Origin: Candidatus Saccharimonadota bacterium
GTDB lineage: Bacteria > Pseudomonadota > Alphaproteobacteria > Rickettsiales > Anaplasmataceae
Length of the DNA: 32,000 nucleotides
Assembly: GCF_013365495.1 (NCBI RefSeq)
Contig: NZ_CP046580.1
Coordinates: 390,001-422,000 of the forward strand
Reading direction: 5' to 3'
Position numbers and translations under genes: made by a program. The notes below the pieces were generated by a model, which was not told the origin of the DNA, ran no database searches, and saw only the letters and a program-made list of their open reading frames with translations. Shown one piece after another: positions 20,643-29,384 of this stretch; the first letter of the stretch is position 1; each line of letters starts with the position of its first letter.

Positions 20643-20719
20643 AATCTTGATTTATAAGACTTTTTTTTTTAAATTCTATATGATAGAATAGTAAGAGGTT
20701 ATTATTTTATGAGCTGATT

Positions 20720-21565
20720 ATGCTAAACGAGCTAAAAAGAAAGCCAAGCACGTTTGCACAAAAGGTACATCATGCTTATAATCATGATATTAAAAAGATA
20801 ATTTGTATTACAACAAGTTTAACAGCTTTGTTATGTAAATTTTCACTACAATTTTGTTGCGAGTTTATTGATAATAATAGATTTAATATTCGTCTTATAC
20901 GTGAAGTTGCTCAATGGGCAAAATTTCCTACATTTATTTTGTTGATTATTCATTCTGCGTTAATTTTACGTGATTTAATAGAGGATTATAGGGATCCTAA
21001 TGGTAAAAAAGAATTATTAAAAATAGTTGGTAAATTAGCTAGTTTTTTAAGTAATGCTATAGAAGCATTAATAATGTTGCAAGTTTTTCGTTTTTTGACT
21101 AAAGGTAATACAAATGTAATAAATAATATTCACTTTGTATCAATAGTTCTGTTTTTATTCATTTCAGAACCTATAGGCTGTTATTATACATGTAAAAAGT
21201 ATCAGGAGGTATATAATAAATGTCAGGATAAAAAAGATGTTAGTGAATTTATTGGATATAAGAAAGAACTCACTGAGTGTAGGAAGGATTTTATTATCAG
21301 TGTATTGACTTTATCATTAGGTTTATTAAACTTTGTATTTAAAAGGGTGGATATTGCAACTACACCAATAAACTTAGGTAATGGCATAGTTTATAGTTTT
21401 AATTTGAGTGTGACGTTTGGTATACTACGCAGTGTAGTATTATTGTTAGTATGGCTTGATAAACTGTTTAACCAGCCGCCTATTAGCGCTAATCTTTCTA
21501 GTGAACTTGATAAGACTTGTTATGTTCAACGTGATGGTAATTTGCCAAATAGTCATGCTATATGA
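20720..21565 (+). CDS. Hypothetical multi-pass membrane protein (orphan)
   Basis: 281 aa. I see about 6 hydrophobic segments (FPTFILLIIHSALIL, IHFVSIVLFLFISEPIG, FIISVLTLSLGLLNFVF, FGILRSVVLLLVWL) and a Cys/Lys-rich central loop. I recognise no family. Confidence 0.5.
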   Translation: MLNELKRKPSTFAQKVHHAYNHDIKKIICITTSLTALLCKFSLQFCCEFIDNNRFNIRLIREVAQWAKFPTFILLIIHSALILRDLIEDYRDPNGKKELLKIVGKLASFLSNAIEALIMLQVFRFLTKGNTNVINNIHFVSIVLFLFISEPIGCYYTCKKYQEVYNKCQDKKDVSEFIGYKKELTECRKDFIISVLTLSLGLLNFVFKRVDIATTPINLGNGIVYSFNLSVTFGILRSVVLLLVWLDKLFNQPPISANLSSELDKTCYVQRDGNLPNSHAI

Positions 21566-21576
21566 AGATGAAAAAT

Positions 21577-22737
21577 TTAAATGTGAAAAGATTTCATCTC
21601 TACTGTCAATGCTAGTACTGCTAATTTACTAACTATGTTCCAGAGTAGTAGAGTTTTATTTTTTATAGTTTGGCTAACGTCATAGAATTTGCAATCAATG
21701 GAATTTAAGTTGGAATATATATTTTTTTTGCTATTGCAGCGATATAAATAGCATGTTGGTGTATTACCTATATAATATATTAAAGGTTCTGCAGGACTAT
21801 GTTTAAGTATATCTATGGTTGGGATACCTTCTTGTATAAGAACACTATTAATTTCTATTCCTTCCTTTATTTTTTTCATTTTGTGACGTTTTTTTTTATT
21901 AAGGGTTAATATTTCTTCTCCGCTTACTGCTGTTATAATACCCATTCCATATGTTCCATTATTTGCTTTGATAAAAACGTAAGGTTGAGTTTTTATTTTG
22001 TATTCTTTGTATTTTTTTTGTATTAGGGATAATGTTTGATCAACTTTAATTGCCACTGTTTCTAGAGATGAAGCATTATCAAAGTAGACTTCATTGCAAT
22101 TTTCTGTGAATGTAGAAATAAGCCATGGATCTATTTTAAACTCGTTACAGAATTCGTACACTAATTTTTGATATATTTCGAAATATCGAAATTTTTGTCT
22201 GTTGTGCCAGCCATATAGTGGATTTGGTAGTATTTCTTGTTGTACATTTTCTAATGCATCTGGAATATGGCTTGTCATATCTCGGTTAAGTACAATGACA
22301 TCAGGTATAAATCCTGAGGTTGTTTTTAACAAAGAATTATCTCTTATAATAATTTCATATGGTTCTATTAAATTAGATACTTCCTTATGAAGGAGACCAA
22401 TTTTAGTTTCAAAGCCTGCCAGTTGTAGTATTTTTTTTATGGCAAACACATTTTCTATATACATTTTATTTCTTGTATAATTTTCTGGTATGACAAGGAT
22501 TTTTTTGTATTGTTTTTTTTTAAAGTAGCTTTTTATCAATTTTGCTGCTGTTGCTTTTGACATTTCGCTTAAATTATTGAAGCCTGCAGGGAATAAATTG
22601 GCGTCTATTGGAGCAATTTTATAACCTGAGTTTCTAAGGTCTAAAGAGCTGTAAAATGGTAATACAAAGTTGTTAAATTTTACTTCGAACCAATCATTGA
22701 TATTTTTTTCTAAATTTGGATAAATTATGTTTTGCAT
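21577..22737 (-). CDS. gshA: Putative glutamate--cysteine ligase (GshA, Thiobacillus ferrooxidans-type family)
   Basis: 386 aa. The N-terminal FYSSLDLRNSGYKIAPIDANLFPAGFNNLS resembles, from memory, the atypical GshA family annotated in Anaplasmataceae. This has not been verified by an HMM. Confidence 0.5.
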   Translation of the reverse strand: MQNIIYPNLEKNINDWFEVKFNNFVLPFYSSLDLRNSGYKIAPIDANLFPAGFNNLSEMSKATAAKLIKSYFKKKQYKKILVIPENYTRNKMYIENVFAIKKILQLAGFETKIGLLHKEVSNLIEPYEIIIRDNSLLKTTSGFIPDVIVLNRDMTSHIPDALENVQQEILPNPLYGWHNRQKFRYFEIYQKLVYEFCNEFKIDPWLISTFTENCNEVYFDNASSLETVAIKVDQTLSLIQKKYKEYKIKTQPYVFIKANNGTYGMGIITAVSGEEILTLNKKKRHKMKKIKEGIEINSVLIQEGIPTIDILKHSPAEPLIYYIGNTPTCYLYRCNSKKNIYSNLNSIDCKFYDVSQTIKNKTLLLWNIVSKLAVLALTVEMKSFHI

Positions 22738-22843
22738 CTACTCTTTAAATGTTATAAGGGAAGTACTATATTATACGCTATAGCTAAACATATTTAACTA
22801 ATGATTACAGTATAATTGATTACTATTTTAGAGTTAGAAAAAA

Positions 22844-23398
22844 ATGATTCAACATAACAGCAGTAAAATTTATGGAACTACTATACTATCAATTAGAAGA
22901 GATAAAAATGTGATAGTAATAGGTGATGGACAAGTTTCATTAGGTTATACTGTTATAAAATCAGGTGCAAAAAAAGTCAGACGTCTTTCTGGTGATTCTG
23001 TAATTGCCGGATTTGCTGGAGCAACGGCTGATGCATTTACTCTCTTTGAAAGGTTAGAATTAAAACTTGATAGACATCCAGGACAACTTATGAGAGCATG
23101 TGTCGAGCTTGCTAAAGATTGGAGAATGGATAAATACTTAAGGAAACTGGAAGCTATGATGATAGTTGCAGATAAATCTATTTCATTAGTGATTACAGGA
23201 ACAGGTGATGTTCTTGAGCCTGAGGATGGAATCGTAGCCATTGGTTCTGGAGGAAATTTTGCTTTATCTGCAGCGAGAGCTTTAGTAGATATTACAGGAA
23301 TGTCAATAGAAGAAGTTGCAAAGAGAGCTATGAAGATAGCAGCTGATATATGTGTTTATACAAATCATAATATAGTTATTGAAAAGATAGAGGGGTAG
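22844..23398 (+). CDS. hslV: ATP-dependent protease subunit HslV
   Basis: 184 aa. The catalytic N-terminal Thr motif [10 protein letters not shown] is preceded by an 11-aa leader ([11 protein letters not shown]) that would have to be removed. GDGQVSLG and [14 protein letters not shown] are also present. Confidence 0.92.
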   Translation: MIQHNSSKIYGTTILSIRRDKNVIVIGDGQVSLGYTVIKSGAKKVRRLSGDSVIAGFAGATADAFTLFERLELKLDRHPGQLMRACVELAKDWRMDKYLRKLEAMMIVADKSISLVITGTGDVLEPEDGIVAIGSGGNFALSAARALVDITGMSIEEVAKRAMKIAADICVYTNHNIVIEKIEG

Positions 23399-23399
23399 T

Positions 23400-24905
23400 A
23401 TGTCTTCTGAACAAAAAAAAATATGTGATTTTACCAATCAATTTGTGACTACTTCAGAAGGTCAGCCTTATAATAGTGATGCCTATAGTGAGAAAAGTGA
23501 TCCTTGTAAAGATACTAAAAGTGGTTATGATTTAAATAATAATAGTACTCAAGTTAATAATAGTACTCAAGTTAATAATAGTACACAAGTTTTGTTGGAT
23601 GATCTGCCACCGCAAAAGATAGTAAAGGAGCTAAATAGGTTTATAATTGGACAGAATGATGCAAAGCGTGCTGTTGCTATTGCACTTAGGAACCGTTGGC
23701 GTCGCAATAAAGTTCCTATTCCTTTGCGTGATGAAATTATACCTAAAAATATATTAATGATTGGTCATACAGGAGTTGGTAAAACGGAGATGGCTCGTCG
23801 TTTAGCAAAGCTTGCAGGTGCACCGTTCATAAAGATTGAAGCAACAAAATTTACTGAGATAGGGTATGTTGGGCGTGATGTTGATTCGATAATACGTGAT
23901 TTGGTTGATGCAGCAATAGTTTTGGTTAAAGAAAAAGCACGTAAAGCTTTAACTAAGAAAGCTTTAGATTTGGCTGAAAAAATAATAGTCAATTCTATGG
24001 TCGGCGAAAATGCAACCGAAGAGAGTAAAGAGACTTTTAGAAAAAGGTTGAGAAATAAAGAGTTTGAAGATGGAGAAGTTTCCATTGATGTTAGAGAAAG
24101 TAAAAGTATGTTACCTGCTTTTGATATACCTGGTATGCCAGGTGGACAAGTTGGTATAGTGAATATAACAGAATTAATGGGTAAAATGTTTAATGGGGGT
24201 AAGAAAACAAAAACTATTACGGTTAAAGTGAAAGAAGCACGTGAAATATTGGTTAATGAAGAAAGTGAGAGGTTAATAGATGAAGATAAAATAATTAAAG
24301 AAGCACTTGATCTTGTTAGTAATGAGGGTATAGTTTTTTTAGATGAGATAGATAAAATTGCAGCATGTACAGAGATAAAAGGTGAAGTTAATAGAGAAGG
24401 AGTACAACGTGATTTATTACCATTGCTTGAAGGAACAACCGTTTCAACTAAATATGGTCATGTAAAAACAGATTATATATTATTTATTGCATCTGGTGCC
24501 TTTCACCAAGCTAAGCCATCTGATCTTTTGCCAGAATTACAGGGTAGGTTGCCAATTAGAGTAGAACTTAAAGCACTTACTCAAGAAGATTTAATAAGAA
24601 TATTAAAAGAACCAGAATCTAGTTTGTTGAAACAGTACATAGCTTTAATGAAGACAGAAAACGTGACACTTGAATTTACTGATGATGGCATTGAAACTAT
24701 AGCTGAAATAGCGTTTACAGTTAATAGGCAAGTAGAAAATATAGGTGCGAGAAGACTTCATACTATTATGGAGAAGCTTTTAGATGAAATAAGTTTTATT
24801 TCTTCTGAGAAGAATGGTGAAAAGTTTGTTATAGATGGAAAATATGTGAAGGATAAACTTGGATCAATTTCAAAACAGCTAGATTTATCTAAGTTTATAC
24901 TTTGA
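23400..24905 (+). CDS. hslU: ATP-dependent protease ATPase subunit HslU, with a ~65-aa N-terminal extension
   Basis: 501 aa. The canonical HslU begins at about aa 69 ([34 protein letters not shown]). It has Walker [16 protein letters not shown], Walker [11 protein letters not shown] and a sensor region. The ATG lies 1 nt after the hslV stop, which supports the long start. Confidence 0.92.
   Translation: MSSEQKKICDFTNQFVTTSEGQPYNSDAYSEKSDPCKDTKSGYDLNNNSTQVNNSTQVNNSTQVLLDDLPPQKIVKELNRFIIGQNDAKRAVAIALRNRWRRNKVPIPLRDEIIPKNILMIGHTGVGKTEMARRLAKLAGAPFIKIEATKFTEIGYVGRDVDSIIRDLVDAAIVLVKEKARKALTKKALDLAEKIIVNSMVGENATEESKETFRKRLRNKEFEDGEVSIDVRESKSMLPAFDIPGMPGGQVGIVNITELMGKMFNGGKKTKTITVKVKEAREILVNEESERLIDEDKIIKEALDLVSNEGIVFLDEIDKIAACTEIKGEVNREGVQRDLLPLLEGTTVSTKYGHVKTDYILFIASGAFHQAKPSDLLPELQGRLPIRVELKALTQEDLIRILKEPESSLLKQYIALMKTENVTLEFTDDGIETIAEIAFTVNRQVENIGARRLHTIMEKLLDEISFISSEKNGEKFVIDGKYVKDKLGSISKQLDLSKFIL
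23538..23591 (+). repeat. 18-bp x3 in-frame tandem repeat (NNSTQV)3 inside hslU
   Basis: The three units are aataatagtactcaagtt / aataatagtactcaagtt / aataatagtacacaagtt. Units 1 and 2 are identical, and unit 3 differs by one synonymous t>a change. Confidence 0.95.
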
Positions 24906-26520
24906 TAATAAAATATGTTGGTATATATAACATTGTTTGTTATTATGGTATATCTATCTAATAGAATGAAATTATTTAGTAATAATAAGAAAAAAAATTA
25001 TAGCTAAAGGTTATGTACAGTAAGAATGATTTTAAAAGATTAGTTATTATGCTTAGTGAATTTTTTGCATAAATATGAATTAATAAATCATCAATATAAA
25101 AGGATGTAGTATGTGTTAAGTTTTTTAGTAAAGCACTATTGAAATAGTAGATAATAAATTAAATTAGTTAAGGATGGATAAAAATAAAAGTAAAAATCAA
25201 ACTTTATAATAGATTAAGTCTTAATTAAAGATCTGGAAGATTAGAACAGAGTAATGGGAGAAATAAAGATCAATTAACTAAAATTTAATTGCTTTCAAGG
25301 TTCATTACTACGACTATGATAAATCTACTTATACTGGTAGTGGATACTGAAAATAGTTTAATGTAACTTAGCTATATTTTTTGTTCTTAATATAAATTGA
25401 GGCTTTTTTTTAAAGATTTTATATATATGTAATAATTATATTATATTACACAAATTTAATTATTGAATTTAGTGATATGATTCTATTTTTTTCTAATTTA
25501 TCAATATATTGATCATTTTTTTTGGTAAGTTCTTTTTAATTTTGTTAGTTTTGTTCTTTCAATTTTTGTATATATTTTAATGCCTTTTTCTTTCTTTCTC
25601 TTTAAATATGTTATTAATGCTTTAATATAATTAATTGATGTGCTTATGCTTGAGTGGGATCTATTTTGTTTAAATATGCACAAGATTAGCTTTTCTTTAG
25701 AATTCTCAAACGGTATGTATTAAAATTTTGAATTTGTAGAGCTATTATGTTTACGTATATAAGTCTTAATGTTAAAAAGCTTTTGTACTATTTTTTATTT
25801 TTTTTGAAGATTTATTGTTAGAATTATTTATATTGTAAGATTTACTTATAAGCTTTAAAATTCTTAAGCTTTTATGCTTTAAAAGTTTTTATTAGATTAA
25901 CTTAAGTCTAGTTTTTTCTTCAGTTCTATGTTTTTTTTATTTTCATAAGTAAAAGTAATTTACTTTAATAAGAATGTTATTTATTTCAAAAAAGTTTTAT
26001 GTAAGATTTGTAGTATGCTTGACTCACTCTTTAACTAAAAGTAATTCTTTTTAAGAGCATAAAATGTCTTGCATTCAAAAATGCCAACTTTTTTAAATTT
26101 GTCTTTTAAAAAAAAGAATTTATTAGCATTTTACAACTTTAATGAAAGATAATTTTATTGTTGAACTAGCAATGCTGTTAATCAGATAATATTCTACTTT
26201 TGATGCACAAACAGTTATGATTATTTGTATATTGAAGTTTAAAATATTCTCTATTGCTTAATTATTACTATTTAGTTGTGTTTTGTAGAGGTTTGATATG
26301 GAAACAAGCTATATCTCTTTATGAAAGATATTGGTTATTATTTTAGTTTTAAATCTTAATTTACTTGTTTAAAGTTTTTGACTTATAAATAATATAATTA
26401 TTGAATTAGTACTATTATAAGTACTGTTTTAAAAAATTTCTTACAACTTTTAAAGAAGAAAAAAGATTTAATTTTTTATATTCAGTAATGAATTATTAAT
26501 GGTAACATATAAATATCAAG
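24906..26520. other. 1.6-kb ORF-free spacer
   Basis: There is no ORF >=60 aa in six frames. The + strand is A/G-rich up to ~25400 and strongly T-rich afterwards. Confidence 0.8.
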
Positions 26521-27954
26521 ATGAAAGAGAAAGTTTTCACAATTATTGATGGTTATGGCTTACTTTTCAGAGCTTATTATGTTTTACGCCATTTAACTAC
26601 CACAAATGGTACTCCAGTAGGGGCTGTATATGGTTTTCTTAATATGCTTCTGAAATATATTGTACATTCAGATTATTTAACTATAGCACTTGACTTTGGT
26701 AGAAAAAGTTTCAGGCATGGTTTATATTCTGAGTATAAGGCAAACAGAGTAACATTGCCTCATGATTTAATTCCACAGTTTACAATACTTAGAGAAGCAG
26801 TAAAAGCTTTTAATCTTAGCTATGAACAGATTGAAGGTTATGAGGCAGATGATATAATTGCAACGCTAGTTGCAAAATATGCTAACCGCAAGGACTTTAA
26901 AGTAATAGTAGTTTCATCAGATAAAGATTTATTTCAGTTGTTGAACTATAATATTCTAATATTTGATCCTATTAAAAATAGGTACATAGATGAGAAGCAA
27001 ATAATAGAAAAATTTGGTGTGAATTCAAATAGGCTTCTTGATTTATTTTCTCTCATTGGAGATGTATCTGATAATATTCCTGGTGTTCCAGGAATAGGTT
27101 CTAAAACTGCAGTTAAATTGTTGAATGAATTTGATTCGTTAGATAATATTATAGAAAATATTGACAATATTAAACAAACAAGAATTCGTAATATTTTCTT
27201 TAAATATAAGGAAAAAGCATTAATTTCAAGGAAACTTTTGTCACTATATGAAAAAGTAGATTTTCAGTATACTATTACAAAATATAAAGTCTGTTCTCCA
27301 AATATGGAGAGATTATTGTCTTTTTTGAAGCAATATGAATTTAATTCATTGATATATAAAGTAGAAAACCTTTTTCCTTATAGGAAACTTGGTTCAAAAA
27401 GAAAAATAGAGTATGAAACTAGTGAATTAGAAAAGTTTTTAAAATATTGCAGATATAATGGAAAAATTGCAGTCTATTGTCATTTTGAAAATAAAGTATT
27501 GAGTAAAATTTCTTTATCTTACAGTAGAGATAGTATTTTTTATATAAATCAAAATCATCTGCAAGATGTATTTATTATAATAAAATCAACTTTATTTTCA
27601 AACGGAGTGCTTAAAATAGTACACGACATTAAGAAACTCACAGAAATATTTCCTCCAATAGAAAGAGTATTAAGCTCAGTTGATGATTTAATGATAATGT
27701 CGTATAGCCTTGATTCAGGAAAGCATGATCATAGTATTACAAGTATAGTTACATATAATTTAAATAAAGATGTAGAGGTTTTTTCAGCAAAAGTTTTAAT
27801 AATGATCCATGAAAAATTGACACAAAGATTATTTCAGGAAAAGCTTTTTACAGTTTACGAGCGCTTCAATAAGCCACTTATGATGAAAGCTATACTTACA
27901 CCGCGTAAAAAAATAGAGTATTGCAAATCGTTACAAGATACAGGGAAATTTTGA
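26521..27954 (+). CDS. polA: DNA polymerase I N-terminal fragment: 5'-3' exonuclease plus a degenerate 3'-5' exonuclease-like region, with no polymerase domain
   Basis: 477 aa. 5'-nuclease motifs present are IDGYGLLFRAYY, EADDIIATL, SSDKDLFQL and GDVSDNIPGVPGIGSKTAVKLL. The following ~150 aa lack the DxE Exo I motif (it reads VYCHFEN). The ORF stops shortly after VYERFNKPL, where the polymerase domain normally begins. Only 507 bp of ORF-free DNA follow. Confidence 0.8.
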   Translation: MKEKVFTIIDGYGLLFRAYYVLRHLTTTNGTPVGAVYGFLNMLLKYIVHSDYLTIALDFGRKSFRHGLYSEYKANRVTLPHDLIPQFTILREAVKAFNLSYEQIEGYEADDIIATLVAKYANRKDFKVIVVSSDKDLFQLLNYNILIFDPIKNRYIDEKQIIEKFGVNSNRLLDLFSLIGDVSDNIPGVPGIGSKTAVKLLNEFDSLDNIIENIDNIKQTRIRNIFFKYKEKALISRKLLSLYEKVDFQYTITKYKVCSPNMERLLSFLKQYEFNSLIYKVENLFPYRKLGSKRKIEYETSELEKFLKYCRYNGKIAVYCHFENKVLSKISLSYSRDSIFYINQNHLQDVFIIIKSTLFSNGVLKIVHDIKKLTEIFPPIERVLSSVDDLMIMSYSLDSGKHDHSITSIVTYNLNKDVEVFSAKVLIMIHEKLTQRLFQEKLFTVYERFNKPLMMKAILTPRKKIEYCKSLQDTGKF

Positions 27955-27970
27955 AATAGCTATTCTCATT

Positions 27971-28003
27971 TTCTTATAGCACAAACTCTCAGTGCTATAA
28001 GAG
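27971..28003 (+). terminator. Stem-loop 17 nt after the polA-fragment stop (candidate terminator)
   Basis: CTTATAGCAC (27973-27982), a 9-nt loop, then GTGCTATAAG (27992-28001) give a perfect 10-bp stem. It can be extended by one T-A pair and one T.G pair. No U-tract follows, so it is not a canonical intrinsic terminator. Confidence 0.35.
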
Positions 28004-28461
28004 TAAAATATAAGAATTTAAATCCAAGTAAGGTTTTAGATAAGAAATCATAAATATAGAGTGTGTAGTAGAAAAAAATCATTAGTTTTAGAATTGTATA
28101 TGATATACTGATTCAGTAAGTTTATAAGAAATTTAGAATTATTATCCAAGGAACTGTTAAATATATTATTTACTCTACTGTTTTTTTTGTTATTTATGAA
28201 GTAGTATGTTTGGTGAATAAATGAAGGAGGTTAAGCTTAGTAGCTATATAAAAATTTTATTCAGTAGATTTTATGTGGTTTATGGTTTGGGGGGTAATTA
28301 TGTAGATGTATAGAAAATGTTAGTGAAAATTTTATATTAGTTAAGTAAAAGTAAAGATTAGCTATAATAATTGTGATTCAAGTTTTTTTTATGAAAATAA
28401 ACCATTTGAACTAATATGAAAATATATTATAGTTAAGTATAGGTAAATACATAGGTAAGCT

Positions 28462-29367
28462 ATGACATCTATACAAGAAGGAAATTCTAATCTTTTAGTA
28501 AAATCACTTTCTCAAGTGATAAATGGTAAAATAATATTTAAGGAGAAACACAGAGTAATCTATGATGCCTTCATGCAATCGCTAAAAAATGCATTACAAT
28601 CTGGAAAATTGAAAGAAAATGATAAAGTAATATTTGCCTTTATGCTTGATCAAAATCAAGTTCTATTCAAAAATGTTGGATTAAGAAATATGAAGTTACT
28701 TAGTGAAGAAAATTTTCTTCAATTTTTGCTTTCTATACTTGAGAAAATTAGAAAAAAGGAATTAGTAGGCAGAGAAAATTTGAGGAATAATGAAATAGAA
28801 AAAATAATTAATGAATGCGTATCTGATATATATAATACAGAAGCTAAAGATTCTCTTATAAGTTTTATTGGGAGATTATTTGGGATTAAGGTGAACCCTA
28901 AAAATATTTTTGGTTCCTTGAAAAAAGAATTATTACCATTTTTCAGTAAAAGTAAAGAAGAAAGTGATGAACTACCATTTAGTGATGAAAAGATGGTAAT
29001 AATGTTTTTATATAAACTTTTTCTTCCTATTATTCTTTTTGCTTGTTCAATATTAATATTTAGTATGAGTCCAATGATATCAACAGTTAATGGTATTTTT
29101 TTGATATTATCCATATCAGGTGCAGTAAAGAGTATTTTTTCTAATGATAAAAAAGGTACTTTATATCATCCTTATTTATTGAATGAGAAAGAATGGAGTG
29201 AAAGGATTAGTAATGGTATTAGTGAAATTTTAGAAACCCAAATTAAAGAAAATAAATATTTTGTTCAATCAGGAAAAAATAGTAAACAGTTTATTTTGCC
29301 TGAGCAAATTCAGATAAAGCAAAATCAATTTTTTCAGGAAAGAAAAGATGAATGGCAAAGGCATTAA
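28462..29367 (+). CDS. Hypothetical protein with a single bilobed hydrophobic hairpin (orphan)
   Basis: 301 aa. It has a polar N-terminal ~177 aa, then MVIMFLYKLFLPIILFACSILIFSM-SPMIS-TVNGIFLILSISGAVKSIF (aa 178-226), then a polar K/E/Q-rich tail. I recognise no family. Confidence 0.55.
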   Translation: MTSIQEGNSNLLVKSLSQVINGKIIFKEKHRVIYDAFMQSLKNALQSGKLKENDKVIFAFMLDQNQVLFKNVGLRNMKLLSEENFLQFLLSILEKIRKKELVGRENLRNNEIEKIINECVSDIYNTEAKDSLISFIGRLFGIKVNPKNIFGSLKKELLPFFSKSKEESDELPFSDEKMVIMFLYKLFLPIILFACSILIFSMSPMISTVNGIFLILSISGAVKSIFSNDKKGTLYHPYLLNEKEWSERISNGISEILETQIKENKYFVQSGKNSKQFILPEQIQIKQNQFFQERKDEWQRH

Positions 29368-29384
29368 AAGAAGGTTAGCATAGT

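Noticed and set aside
20689-20704. A 16-nt exact repeat, agtaagaggttattat, at 20689-20704 (upstream of the 281-aa orphan) and at 31219-31234.
   Set aside because: My rough estimate is that several exact 16-mers are expected by chance among all position pairs at this composition. The flanks show no extended similarity.
22811-22816. A TATAAT hexamer 28 nt upstream of the hslV ATG as a -10 element. I also searched for a sigma-32-type heat-shock promoter.
   Set aside because: There is no acceptable -35 at 16-18 nt spacing and no CTTGAAA/CCCCAT-like sigma-32 motif. TATAAT-like words are ubiquitous in this AT-rich DNA, so a promoter call is not supportable.
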